Origin: Bdellovibrionales bacterium | GTDB taxonomy: Bacteria > Bdellovibrionota > Bdellovibrionia > Bdellovibrionales > JAUICD01 | Reading direction: 5' to 3' | DNA length: 64,000 nucleotides | NCBI GenBank assembly: GCA_965203275.1 | Contig: OZ241865.1 | Span: 608,001 to 672,000, forward strand | Shown: in pieces, positions 51,830 to 62,415 of the stretch | How positions within the stretch are numbered: the first letter of the stretch is position 1 | Layout: each line of letters opens with the position of its first letter | Program-made: the position numbers and the translations under genes | Notes under the pieces: generated by a model | Database searches by the model: none | What the model was told of the DNA's origin: nothing | Seen by the model: only the letters and a program-made list of their open reading frames with translations

Positions 51830-52450
51830 CTGCCAGATCCCGTATCCCGGGAGTGAAACAGAGGCTAGTTCAATTTTAGTGAGACAAACGCGGTCATTGC
51901 CCAAAAACATGGGTGTAAGAATGAACTTTTTCCTTAACATGTGGTCAAGAGACAAAGAGATCCTTCCTACTCAAAGTGAACAGACTTTTGAGACAATGAC
52001 CATTTTGCCAACGGCGAAAGCCGTTGCGGTCATTGTCCAAAAGTGGCCAGAGGCCAGTTCACTTTGAGTGAACCAATGGCATTGCTCTTTTTGGACAGCG
52101 ATAGCTGTCAGAGCAATGTCCAAAAGTAGCCAGAGGCTAGTTTACTTTTAGTGAAAATCAAATGAGGCAATGACCATTTTGTCAACGGCGTAAGCCGTTG
52201 CGGTCGAAAGGTGTAAGAAAGAACTTTTTCCTTAACATGGTGTCAATTCGGGATCCGGAATCCGAGATCCGGGATCAGGTAACCCGGCAACCCGGCAAAA
52301 AAAAACTTTTTCCTTAACATGGTGTCAAAAAGCAAGAGGATCCTTTCTACTAAAAGTAAACGGACTTTTGAGACATTGCTCTTTTTGGACAGCGATAGCT
52401 GTCAGAGCAATGTCCAAAAGTAGCCAGAGGCTAGTTTACTTTTAGTGAAA
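51830..52450. repeat. Repeat mosaic (structured copies and CCGG/GATC runs)
   Basis: Full copies at about 51969-52072 and 52348-52450, plus fragments. Confidence 0.9.
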
Positions 52451-53558
52451 AAAAATGTAGAGCTTTTTGGGTTGACTCAATGGCTTGTTTATATTGCTGA
52501 TATACAAAATCATCATAGATTTCCATATCTACAAGGATTGTCCGGGTGCCTTCATTTTCAGGTGTGGTAGGGTCATCATTGTACAAATAAAACAAATTCG
52601 AACCAAAAGTATTACCATAAACACCATATTGACTAAAACCATTGGCATCTCGATGTGTTGTATCATACCACTTTTCCCAAGTGACAGACCTACGCTCAAA
52701 AATATTGGGATTAGTTATAACAGAAATAGGCACTTCTTGACTTAAAGAACGCAAAGTTTTTTTAGCACCTTCATCTAGTATTTCAAAAAGTGTTTGAGGA
52801 GTTGCATTTTTAAAATGACATATTGTATCTAAGGAACTCGCGTTTGATTCCTCAACAATCCTTTCTAATATCTTTATCCGATTTGTATAGCTCTCAAAAC
52901 CATCTTGAAAAGGGACTATATTCCAATCAGAGATAGAAAAATGCATAATAGGTACAACATGTGTCGGAGAAGACATATCTTGCAAATGATGAATAGCTTG
53001 CCCTAATAAATAAAAATATTGTTTGTCATCTGACTGCTGATTGTTCCCCCAGGATGGATAAAGGTCACCTTGATTTATAGTGTCAATCAAGTCCTCTTGA
53101 CTGTAATAAAGAGAGGGTGATGGTGGGTTTAAAGGACCCATCATCCGTTGCATAATGTTGTGTTGACATCTATGATCCCAAAATAAATCAAATGCACTGA
53201 TTGTTTGTCTTTTCAGGTATCCTTGTAAAATTTGCTCAATATGTAAAATACGATAGCTAGAAGGACATCTATCAATTATATTAAACCATTTGGCATTTAC
53301 ATAAACATAAGGGTTATAAAAGTGGGAGTATTGTAGCATTTTGTTAAAGTAATAAGTGTCTTCTTGTAAATTAGCTTCAATAATTATATTAGATAGTTCT
53401 TCAAAGTCCTGCCCTCTTTGGATACTCGGTGATTCATATTGAAAACAAGTCGTAAATTCTTTAATGGCTATCTTGGTAAGCTCCGCATGGTCATTCAATG
53501 CAAGGCTGTATAAGTATGTAGGACTAGAAAAAATAAATAATATAATAAGTATTTGCAT
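52431..53558 (-). CDS. Secreted zinc-dependent phospholipase C/P1-nuclease-like protein
   Basis: Signal peptide, early His (NDH), HFYNP, LGQAIHHLQDMSSPTH, FE. Confidence 0.7.
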   Translation of the reverse strand: MQILIILFIFSSPTYLYSLALNDHAELTKIAIKEFTTCFQYESPSIQRGQDFEELSNIIIEANLQEDTYYFNKMLQYSHFYNPYVYVNAKWFNIIDRCPSSYRILHIEQILQGYLKRQTISAFDLFWDHRCQHNIMQRMMGPLNPPSPSLYYSQEDLIDTINQGDLYPSWGNNQQSDDKQYFYLLGQAIHHLQDMSSPTHVVPIMHFSISDWNIVPFQDGFESYTNRIKILERIVEESNASSLDTICHFKNATPQTLFEILDEGAKKTLRSLSQEVPISVITNPNIFERRSVTWEKWYDTTHRDANGFSQYGVYGNTFGSNLFYLYNDDPTTPENEGTRTILVDMEIYDDFVYQQYKQAIESTQKALHFFSLKVN

Positions 53559-53727
53559 GATATTCCTTATTTAAATTATTATAATAAAAGGGGGTTTAAA
53601 CAATATTTGTTATCTCAAAATTTATACCAAAGTTTTAAACCTAAAACAAAAAAGCAAAACTTTTTTAAAGTAAAAAAGTAAAGAAGAAACATAATTCTTT
53701 AATCTCATTTTTTATGGTGCATCTTTT

Positions 53728-55584
53728 ATGGAACAACTCTTGCAAAAAGTCAATATAATGTTTCAAAACATTTTAAGGCAGACTTTTATATTTTTTTCAG
53801 TAACTATTGTTTTGTACTTTATTAAATTATTGCCTTGCCTTGCTTTTGAGCTTTCAGATTTCAAAATGTCTTTCCCTCATTCGCCAACTGATCTCACAAG
53901 CATTCGTAAATTTACTCAATTTCATTTATCTTTATCCATTCAGGACTTATCCGATCAATGGTCTGTCAACTTTTTAAACTCACAAGAATATATAAATATC
54001 GTCAAAGCTTTTGAGGTGTCAAATGCTATTTTATTGTACCAAACTCCTATTGCCACAAGTACATTGTTTGAGTTTATTGAAAACAAACATCAAATTTTTG
54101 AAAAATGGCCAGATCTTTTATTTGATTCTTCTCACTCTCATTTTCATAAGGTTCATAAGGATAGACACTTTATGATGTTATACTATCCGTCACAATCCTT
54201 AGAAGAACCTCATAGTGTAGAAGTTTGTCTTTTGGAAAAAGATTCTAAAATAGAAGATTCTTGCTTACATTTATCTCTAGTATCTTCCTTTGATCCCTCA
54301 AGGCTATTTATGATTCAAAGAGCATATAGAGATACCTTTCATTTAGCTGAAACTTTAAGAGCATTTTTAGAAGAAAAAAATATACCCCAAGGGGAATCTG
54401 TTTCACTCTATCTTGAAGATATCAATGTAAAAGAAAATTATTTTAAAATCGGCATTTTAACAACTCAAAAAAAATATGATCTTAAATTTGAAAGCCCATT
54501 GACTATTGAAACTTTAAGTCAAAATGATCATCAGTTGCATGCTCATTCTTTTGTTGCACTTCTTATAAGAGAGCAAGTCCCATTAGCTTTTCACGAAGCA
54601 TCCCATGAAGTACTTCGAAGGGTTTTACTAGCAAATATCACTGGATTTGACTCTATTACATTATTTCCTCAACTGAAGTTTGTTGATGATCAATGGCTAA
54701 CCATTGAAGGATCTGCCACTTATTTAGAGGATGTATTTGTACCATTTTTGACGAGAGAACATATTATATCCTATATGGCCCATGCTCTTGTAGGTCAAGT
54801 GATAGTAGATGTATTTGGAAGAAATCAACTCAAGGCCAATGGAGATTATGAACAAGCAAGAAGATTAGCCTATTATGCTATTGTGTGCTTAGGTCATTCA
54901 AATGCTATAAAATTAACTTGTCCAGATCATGATAATTATAATTCTATTTTTAATATTCTAGACACTTTAAATCTAAACCATGATATGAGACAGGCTATTG
55001 ATTTAGAAGTAGAAAAGTGGATAGCTGATGTGACAGCTTTAACACAGGGTATTATTTTAAGTAACTTTGAATATCTCGCACAGCTCACTCGTTATCTTTT
55101 GAGAGATGGATCGCTAAATAATGAGCAATTGAGAAGTTTTTATACACAATATCCTATTGAAACATGGAATTTTGGAGAGCTTTTAAGTAAGGACCCTTCG
55201 GTCAGTCCCTGTAATTTTGAGAGAACTTTTCATAGGTTGTTAAGCAATGTGATTGAAGAAATGGCTAATATAATCATTCAAGAAAACAATAGAGAACGCC
55301 AAGTTATGCATATAGCTTATGAAGTACCTCTTTCTGAGTATAACCAATGGCTTCAAAGGCGACATAGGGTAAATGTCGAAAAAAATGTTGAAGATCTTTT
55401 ATTTAAAACTTGGACAGAAAATATACAGATATTTACAAGTTATCCTTTTGAAACAGACACAAAGCTTCTTGAGATTCTTTATTTTCAAAATAGTCAAAGA
55501 GAAAAGAAATGGTTTCATTTTATTCCACCTTTTAGACACTTAATAAGGGATGATGAGGTGGTACGTCTTTTTCATATTCATTAA
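53728..55584 (+). CDS. Hypothetical exported protein with peptidase M41 (FtsH protease)-like domain
   Basis: AFHEASH (HExxH) and ANGDYEQARRLA resemble FtsH AYHEAGH and ASNDxxxAT; no Walker A seen. Confidence 0.6.
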   Translation: MEQLLQKVNIMFQNILRQTFIFFSVTIVLYFIKLLPCLAFELSDFKMSFPHSPTDLTSIRKFTQFHLSLSIQDLSDQWSVNFLNSQEYINIVKAFEVSNAILLYQTPIATSTLFEFIENKHQIFEKWPDLLFDSSHSHFHKVHKDRHFMMLYYPSQSLEEPHSVEVCLLEKDSKIEDSCLHLSLVSSFDPSRLFMIQRAYRDTFHLAETLRAFLEEKNIPQGESVSLYLEDINVKENYFKIGILTTQKKYDLKFESPLTIETLSQNDHQLHAHSFVALLIREQVPLAFHEASHEVLRRVLLANITGFDSITLFPQLKFVDDQWLTIEGSATYLEDVFVPFLTREHIISYMAHALVGQVIVDVFGRNQLKANGDYEQARRLAYYAIVCLGHSNAIKLTCPDHDNYNSIFNILDTLNLNHDMRQAIDLEVEKWIADVTALTQGIILSNFEYLAQLTRYLLRDGSLNNEQLRSFYTQYPIETWNFGELLSKDPSVSPCNFERTFHRLLSNVIEEMANIIIQENNRERQVMHIAYEVPLSEYNQWLQRRHRVNVEKNVEDLLFKTWTENIQIFTSYPFETDTKLLEILYFQNSQREKKWFHFIPPFRHLIRDDEVVRLFHIH

Positions 55585-55619
55585 AAATGCCTTGTTATAT
55601 AAATAACTTCTGCAAATTT

Positions 55620-56777
55620 CTATTTTATAGGTAAATTCTTTAAGGCTGTTTTGAGTGCTTTTTCAGGATGAACAACAAAGCCAAAGTGTTGCATGGTTTC
55701 TGCTAAAGCTTGAATAACTGCTAAAATATCTTCATTTTGTATATGCCCTATATGTCCTATACGTAAAACTTTATTATTTAATTCTCCTTGCCCGCTGGCA
55801 ATTGTCATACGGTATTGATTGTAAAGATGATCTTTAATTGCATTCGCTCCAACATATTGACCTGATGAATTATGCCAATTTTTTAAAGTAAAAACTGTAA
55901 GGGTTAAACTGGGATTTTGAGGAAAGATTTGAAAACCTAAATGTGGAGCTACTGCTTTAAAAGTCTGTGCTATTTTAATATAGTGTTGCTTTGGATAAAG
56001 TTTATGATTGTGAAGTATCCAATGCAGTGCTTGGATATGAGGGATAGCAGAAGTAAACCGCGTCTGTCCTTTTTGATTAGCTTGATGTTCTGCTTTTAAA
56101 TCCCAGTAAAAGCGGGATAGAAAGTTTTTTTGATTTTGATGCCATGCTCTTTGTGAAAGGGCAACAAAACCAATACCAGGAGGCAACATAAAGGCCTTGT
56201 GTCCTGCTCCAATCAAGACATCTAATCCCCATAAATCCATAGGTAGCTTTTCTACAGCAAGGGCTGCTATGCCATCTACGATCAAAAGTGTTTCTGTGCC
56301 TTCAATAAGTTGAGCTATTTGTTGGATAGGATGCAAAGCACCTGTGCTAGTTTCTGTCCCTTGTATTAAAATAGCTTTGGTCTTCTTACAGAGATATTTT
56401 TGTACAATGGCAGGGCAAATAGATTGACCTAGCGGTACTTTGATTTCAATAGGTTGAAGATTCAAAGCTCTTGATAAATTGACCCAACGTTGCCCAAACT
56501 TACCTGCATTTACAACAAGCACTTTATCTCCAGGTGAAAGAGTGTTGACAAGAGCTACTTCCATAAGTCCTGTTCCTGTAGCTGTTTGGATCAAAACAGG
56601 TTGACGAGTTTGAAAAACATCTTGGAGTTTTTTAAGTACTTCTTTGAGGGTGCTTGCAAAATGATTTGTTCTGTGATGTATAAGGGGCTTTGAGAATATT
56701 TGAAGAACCTCTGGTGGCACAGGAACAGGACCAGGCGTTAAAAGTCTGTATTTGTTATATAGTATATGAGGTGTCAT
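55620..56777 (-). CDS. Class V PLP aminotransferase (serine-pyruvate/alanine-glyoxylate family)
   Basis: LLTPGP, HHR, GKFGQRW, ETSTG, IVDGI, AGHKAFMLPPG, LRIGHIG. Confidence 0.93.
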   Translation of the reverse strand: MTPHILYNKYRLLTPGPVPVPPEVLQIFSKPLIHHRTNHFASTLKEVLKKLQDVFQTRQPVLIQTATGTGLMEVALVNTLSPGDKVLVVNAGKFGQRWVNLSRALNLQPIEIKVPLGQSICPAIVQKYLCKKTKAILIQGTETSTGALHPIQQIAQLIEGTETLLIVDGIAALAVEKLPMDLWGLDVLIGAGHKAFMLPPGIGFVALSQRAWHQNQKNFLSRFYWDLKAEHQANQKGQTRFTSAIPHIQALHWILHNHKLYPKQHYIKIAQTFKAVAPHLGFQIFPQNPSLTLTVFTLKNWHNSSGQYVGANAIKDHLYNQYRMTIASGQGELNNKVLRIGHIGHIQNEDILAVIQALAETMQHFGFVVHPEKALKTALKNLPIK

Positions 56778-56888
56778 AATGATTAGTTATTTCCCTTGTC
56801 CTTATGATAAAATAAAAGTATATATTTTGTAAGTATAAAAATAAAAATGCCACAAATAATTCTTTAAACTAAAGCAAAGGGTCTATTA

Positions 56889-58004
56889 ATGTTTTTAGAG
56901 AAAAAGCTTAAAGCTTGGGTTGCAAAGCAGATCATCACTGCAAAGCAAGCTGATCAGATAAAGGCTTACGAAATGAGTCAACCTAATAAACCATACATCT
57001 TTTATGGTTTTATTACTCTGGGTGCAGTTATTATTGGTACTGGTATTGTGACTTTAGTTTCTGCTCATTGGGAAAATATTTCAGATGGAGTTAAGCTTTC
57101 TGTAGATTTTGCTCTTTTAACTGCTTTAGCTACCAGTTGCTTTTGGGCTTGGAAGCAAAAGCATAAAGTGCTTCTACATATTCTTTTAGTTGTTTTTCTG
57201 CTGAGTTGTTTTGCCTCCATTGGTCTGATCTCTGAAATTTACCACACAGGAGGAGATATTTACAATGCTTTGCTTTTCTGTTCTTTGATCACTGTGGGTG
57301 TATCTATGATATCTAATAGTTTTTTTATTGCCTTTGTATGGACTGTGAGTCTTTTAGTTGGATGGAATGGCTCTATAGAAAGCACTTTTTTATGGGATTC
57401 TATATTTTATGATAACACTTCTTTTTATATGACAACTGCCTTGATATGGACACTCTTAACCCTTGTATTTAAAGCATTAACAGGAGAAAGTGTACATACA
57501 AGAAGTTTTAAATGGTGTAGTCTTTTTATGGTATGTGCTTCACTTTTTTCTGCTGAAGCTTTTAGTTCTATTAAGGCTGATAGCCTTATGATTTTTGTTC
57601 CAAGTTACATTGTAGCTGTTTTAAATATTCTAGTCGGTTCATTATTCTTAAATTACAGTAAAACTCAAAGAATGCTTTTTTTAGCATGCTTATTTGTGTA
57701 CCTTATATTCTTTCACTTAATATTTTTTGATGTGGACTCTGACCTGATTTATGGTATGACTTCAGTCTGTATTTTATTGAGTATGTCTTTGTTGGCAGCA
57801 AGCTTTCAGTGGCGTAAGTTATTTCAGTTTTTCTTAATTATAACAGGTATTCGATTGGTAGTGATATATTTTCAAGTTTTAGAAGGACTTGCTACTACAG
57901 GAATAGGTTTAATTGTATCAGGCATTTTACTAATTACTTTAGTAGCTCTTTTACATAAATATTATCAATCTATAATTAAATGGACTTACCAGCTAGTAAA
58001 ATAA
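56889..58004 (+). CDS. DUF2157-like multi-pass membrane protein
   Basis: W...QII...QAD.I, LGA..IG.GI...V.A.W, LISEIYH; many TM helices. Confidence 0.8.
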   Translation: MFLEKKLKAWVAKQIITAKQADQIKAYEMSQPNKPYIFYGFITLGAVIIGTGIVTLVSAHWENISDGVKLSVDFALLTALATSCFWAWKQKHKVLLHILLVVFLLSCFASIGLISEIYHTGGDIYNALLFCSLITVGVSMISNSFFIAFVWTVSLLVGWNGSIESTFLWDSIFYDNTSFYMTTALIWTLLTLVFKALTGESVHTRSFKWCSLFMVCASLFSAEAFSSIKADSLMIFVPSYIVAVLNILVGSLFLNYSKTQRMLFLACLFVYLIFFHLIFFDVDSDLIYGMTSVCILLSMSLLAASFQWRKLFQFFLIITGIRLVVIYFQVLEGLATTGIGLIVSGILLITLVALLHKYYQSIIKWTYQLVK

Positions 58005-58092
58005 AAGAAAGAGCCAATTTGGTAATGACTTTGATAAAAAATTGCTTTATAAAATACTTAATGTTATGAACAGAGCATACTAAGGAAAAGCT

Positions 58093-58680
58093 ATGACCAG
58101 AAAAACTATTATACAAGAACATTCTCAAACTCATCCTCAAAATAAAAACAATGGACTCATTAAACAAAAAGTAAATGGGCAAATAATCCTTTCACAAAAA
58201 ACTGTATTGATTGCTTTATTTATACCTATCTTAGCTTTGATAGCTTTAACATTTTATAAAAGGCAAAAAGTTTTGGATGCAACCACTGTCATTTTACCGA
58301 TTGAACTCAATTTACATCAAGATGATCAGGGTAGTTATTTATTAGGTTATTCATTGGATTATAAAGTCCAATACGGCGTGGACTCAATATGTCAACCTCC
58401 CTTACCACTCACACAAATAGGAAAACAAGATGCCTATGTTTGTTTAAAGCCTAAAGCTTTTTCTTATCAAAAACCAAATGGGTGTGATCTGATGATTAAG
58501 GGATTTTGCGTCCAAGATATATTTTTTGCAGGGATAGAATCTTATAATTTACAAGAAGAACTTAATATTCAACAATTGAAAGAACGAATCAAATCAAACA
58601 AGTTAGAGGTTGTGTTGTCTATTTCTGAAAATGGAAAGGCCCTTGTAAGAGATATTCTTATAAACGGTCACTCTTTATGA
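58093..58680 (+). CDS. GDYXXLXY-family-like membrane-anchored protein (degenerate motif)
   Basis: Follows DUF2157-like gene; LLGYSLDY, AGIESY, GKALVRDILING. Confidence 0.65.
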   Translation: MTRKTIIQEHSQTHPQNKNNGLIKQKVNGQIILSQKTVLIALFIPILALIALTFYKRQKVLDATTVILPIELNLHQDDQGSYLLGYSLDYKVQYGVDSICQPPLPLTQIGKQDAYVCLKPKAFSYQKPNGCDLMIKGFCVQDIFFAGIESYNLQEELNIQQLKERIKSNKLEVVLSISENGKALVRDILINGHSL

Positions 58681-58717
58681 TCTCTTTATAAGAAGTATTA
58701 AAAAGAAGGATTTAGCT

Positions 58718-59719
58718 ATGGCTCAGACTCAATGGACCTGGACTCGATTTAATACAGAAATTCAAAAAAAAAATATCTTACCTGTTTATTTTTTTTATGG
58801 AGAGGAAGCTTTCCTTCTCAATGAAGCTCTTGTACGTCTTTCAAATCTTATTATAGATAAAAAGCTCAGGGACTTTAATTTACAAACCTTTTATGCTGAT
58901 AATACTTCGGCATCTCAAATTATAGAATCTGTTAAAACCTTACCTCTTATTGCTGACAAAAAAATGGTCATTCTTAAAGGTCTTAATAATTTTAAAGAAA
59001 TAGACACCATTCAATCATTAATTGATCAGCCTGTGACCTCTTGTGTTTTAGTTTTTACAGATCATAAAATAGGACTTCGTCGCAAGTTTTTAAGTGCTAT
59101 ATCTAAAGTAGGAGCCATCGTGAAATGTGCAAAGCTAAAAGACTCTCAAATTGTTGCTTGGATGAGATTGATTGCATCCCGCCAACAAAAATTAATAGAT
59201 GAAAAAACATGTTACTTCTTACTGCAAAGAGTAGGTCCTTCTATGCTAGACCTTCATAATGAGGTGACAAAACTAATACAACATGTAAAATCTAAACCAT
59301 CTATTACTATTCAAGACATTCAAAAGATTGTTTCTAAAACTGATATGGAATCTATATTTGATTTGGTCAATGCACTTGGTTCTTCACAAGCTCTTTTATG
59401 TCTAAAATCTTTATTTCAACAAGGTCAAAATGAGATTGCTATTTTAGCTATGCTCTCAAGACAAATTCGTATTTTAATGCTTATTAAAGAGGCTCAAACC
59501 ATGAAGTTATCTTCTTCAGCAATAAGCAAAAGAGTAAGTGTATCACCTTATTTTCTGCATCAATATGTAAAGCAAAGCCAAACTTGGAGTTTTCAACAGC
59601 TTAAGGCATTTCATACTTTGCTTTTAGAAACAGACTATCGGCTCAAAGGCACTTCCATCCCTAAAGCTCTTTTAATAGAAAATTGCATTCTCAAAGCCTC
59701 TCATATAAAACAAATATAG
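58718..59719 (+). CDS. holA: DNA polymerase III delta subunit
   Basis: PVYFFYGEE.FL, DFN, TLPL, NEVTKL, SIFDLV, ETDYRLKG. Confidence 0.92.
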   Translation: MAQTQWTWTRFNTEIQKKNILPVYFFYGEEAFLLNEALVRLSNLIIDKKLRDFNLQTFYADNTSASQIIESVKTLPLIADKKMVILKGLNNFKEIDTIQSLIDQPVTSCVLVFTDHKIGLRRKFLSAISKVGAIVKCAKLKDSQIVAWMRLIASRQQKLIDEKTCYFLLQRVGPSMLDLHNEVTKLIQHVKSKPSITIQDIQKIVSKTDMESIFDLVNALGSSQALLCLKSLFQQGQNEIAILAMLSRQIRILMLIKEAQTMKLSSSAISKRVSVSPYFLHQYVKQSQTWSFQQLKAFHTLLLETDYRLKGTSIPKALLIENCILKASHIKQI

Positions 59720-59827
59720 TCTTTGGTCATTAACCCTTATATCTTTCGTAGAGTAGCTAAGTATCTTGTTTGAAATAAATCTTAGAAACCCTTATCTTAA
59801 AAATAAGTAAGAAAGAAGGAGCATCTA

Positions 59828-61051
59828 TTGGAAACCATATCAAAACCTCCTTTTATTATGAAGTTTACCTTGTGTTGTTTGGTATTTTTTCTTGTTGGTT
59901 GTTCACAAGATCCATTAAGTGGCTTAGATACATCTATTAAAGATCAATTTGATAGGCTTGCTGATATGGAACCTCAAAAGTCTGAAGAAGCTGAAGAAGA
60001 AGATAATAAAAAAATTGTAGAATACTTTGGCCGTATCATAGCTGACGATCTTTGGCAAGTTTCTACTACAGAAGAACTGCAAGCTGTGATCACAGCAAAG
60101 ATTTTTTTAGAAGAAGATCAATTTGATGATTTTGAAGTGCAACTTAAAGATGATGCCTTTGCAGAAGAAGATTATACTTTTGAAAAAATGAAAGATATTA
60201 GCAAAGTAGAAAGGCAGTATCTTTTTAAATGGACACCCAGTGAAGACTTTCTTGAAGGGGGTCAAGAAAAATACACTCAGGTGCAGTTTCAACTCAAAAC
60301 AACAGGAAAGTTAATTTTAGAAAGTACAGATCAATTTAAACTGATTGTAACAAAGCGTTTTCAAGCATTGACTTTACAGATTGTTGATATGCCTAGCACA
60401 TTGCGAGAGGGTGATCATGGAATAATGGTTGTGCATGTATTTGATCCACAAGAAAAAAATAAAAGTCCTGTTTTGACATTAAACCATGTAGCTAGTGGTG
60501 GGGAAGAAATAAGAGACCTTAATCGATTGCTGACCTTTGTTGAAAAAAATAAAATAGATGAGAATATATGGGAATTTCGATATCGTATAAAAACAGACAT
60601 TTTAGAAGCAGGTTTGAGTAGAGCAAATTATGCACTTAATATGTTTGCGAATTCTATAAATGGAGTTTCTTCGAAGACACATCAAGTGACATTGACTGTT
60701 TTTAATCGAGTATTGATTCCAAAAGTCACAGGACCCAATATTGTAGCCCTTTATTCTGGGGAAACAACAAGCCTCTTAATCCAAGTATTAGATCCATTAG
60801 CTAGCGGGGAGCTTTCAGCTAAAATTTTAACAGAGGAAAGTGATAACATTTCAGGTGATATTGGTTTTTATTATGAAACGACACCTCAAGGGATATTGGT
60901 TTATATTCATTGGTTTATACCAGAAGATACCAAAGTACCTCAGGATAGTCGTTTATTGATTGAAATTTCTAATCAGGGCATGGAAAATAATCAAAGTCGT
61001 TTAGAAAGTGTCGTTCATACCATCTCTGCAAAAATTTTATCTAAGAGATAA
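59828..61051 (+). CDS. Hypothetical lipoprotein, beta-rich
   Basis: MKFTLCCLVFFLVGC lipobox; acidic composition. Confidence 0.7.
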   Translation: METISKPPFIMKFTLCCLVFFLVGCSQDPLSGLDTSIKDQFDRLADMEPQKSEEAEEEDNKKIVEYFGRIIADDLWQVSTTEELQAVITAKIFLEEDQFDDFEVQLKDDAFAEEDYTFEKMKDISKVERQYLFKWTPSEDFLEGGQEKYTQVQFQLKTTGKLILESTDQFKLIVTKRFQALTLQIVDMPSTLREGDHGIMVVHVFDPQEKNKSPVLTLNHVASGGEEIRDLNRLLTFVEKNKIDENIWEFRYRIKTDILEAGLSRANYALNMFANSINGVSSKTHQVTLTVFNRVLIPKVTGPNIVALYSGETTSLLIQVLDPLASGELSAKILTEESDNISGDIGFYYETTPQGILVYIHWFIPEDTKVPQDSRLLIEISNQGMENNQSRLESVVHTISAKILSKR

Positions 61052-61054
61052 ATT

Positions 61055-61873
61055 TCAAGGATTTATTCTATTACTTATATCTTTGTGTTTATGTGTTAAG
61101 AATGACAATTTAGGAAAGGCTCTTTGAGCATTTTTTTGTAATTGTTTTTGAAAGCTTGCAATGGGTATTTGTTTTAAATGAGCTAAAAACTTTGCTGTAT
61201 GAATTAAAAAAGAAGGAGCATTCTTTTTACCACGATGAGGTGTAGGGGTGAGAAAAGGTGAGTCTGTTTCAATATGGATGCGATCTATAGGTAAATTTTT
61301 TGCTACTTGTTGTAAGTTTTGAGCATTTTTGAAGGTGACAATTCCGCTAAAGGAAATATCTAAACCCATCTCTAAAGCCTTGTCTGCTAAATGTTGTGTC
61401 CCTGTGAAGCAATGAATAGTACCTTTGAGTGTTTTAGAGCGAGAGAAATTTTTAAGAATAGCTATAGTGTCTTCTTCCGCATCACGCGTATGGATTTGTA
61501 CAGGAAGGTTTAAAGATAAGGCTATTGCTAATTGCTTTTCAAAAGCTTCCTTTTGTGTTGGGATAGGAGACTTTTTATAATAATAATCTAAACCGATTTC
61601 TCCTAATGCAACCACGTGGTGTTCCTTTGCTTTTTGTTGGAGGAAGCTCTGTACTTCAGGTGTATATTCAAGTGCATCATGGGGATGGATACCTAAAGCA
61701 CAAGCTACATTTGGAAAGTATTTTTTTGCAATATCAAAGGTTTCTTGATGATCTTGTGGGTTTGTCCCTATGGTGATCATATAATGTACATTATTTTGAT
61801 AAGCTTCTTGAATCACCTTATCAGGTGTTTGCTCTAGCATCGGAAAGTGACAGTGCATATCAATCCAAAACAT
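61055..61873 (-). CDS. tatD: TatD-family DNase
   Basis: IDMHCH, GIHPH, GEIGLDY, IHTR, IHCF, ETDSPFL. Confidence 0.96.
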   Translation of the reverse strand: MFWIDMHCHFPMLEQTPDKVIQEAYQNNVHYMITIGTNPQDHQETFDIAKKYFPNVACALGIHPHDALEYTPEVQSFLQQKAKEHHVVALGEIGLDYYYKKSPIPTQKEAFEKQLAIALSLNLPVQIHTRDAEEDTIAILKNFSRSKTLKGTIHCFTGTQHLADKALEMGLDISFSGIVTFKNAQNLQQVAKNLPIDRIHIETDSPFLTPTPHRGKKNAPSFLIHTAKFLAHLKQIPIASFQKQLQKNAQRAFPKLSFLTHKHKDISNRINP

Positions 61874-61891
61874 CCTAAATGTACTCCTTTT

Positions 61892-62383
61892 TTAGCTGAT
61901 CATTTCAATCAATTGCTTTAATGTGGATACTGTATCTTTTTTTTTGCTTAATTTTTCTTTAGGGAACAACTGTCTAAATTGAAGTTTTCTACCTTTGTAA
62001 TGTTCATTAAAATACTTTTTACATTCTTGTGAGTTGTTCATTTTAGGGTAGCCATTGAGTATTTGAAGCCATAGATTTTCTAAACATATTGGCGACCATA
62101 TTAAAATGATGTCTTGTTTTTTAGCTTCCTTTTCTTTTTGTTTTTTGTCATCTTCACTAAGACAATCAGAATCTAAGAAAATATATTTTTCTTTATATTC
62201 GACAGCATGATTATATTTCACAGCATTTTGAATTATTATCGAAGGTCCACCACCCTGTCCTGGTTGTACCTTAATTGTTTTATTCTTACAGAATATGGAT
62301 TTTAAATGTTTGACAAAATCACAATCCCTTTGACCTTCACAGTAAATAAGTATAGTATGCCTTAATTTATTTCTTCTTGTCAT
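61892..62383 (-). CDS. RloB-like (TOPRIM-type) protein
   Basis: LIYCEG..D..F, FLDSD, SPICLENLW; directly downstream of an AAA_21 ATPase. Confidence 0.75.
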   Translation of the reverse strand: MTRRNKLRHTILIYCEGQRDCDFVKHLKSIFCKNKTIKVQPGQGGGPSIIIQNAVKYNHAVEYKEKYIFLDSDCLSEDDKKQKEKEAKKQDIILIWSPICLENLWLQILNGYPKMNNSQECKKYFNEHYKGRKLQFRQLFPKEKLSKKKDTVSTLKQLIEMIS

Positions 62384-62415
62384 GATTTATATTTTCCATA
62401 TATATCTTCCAAAAT

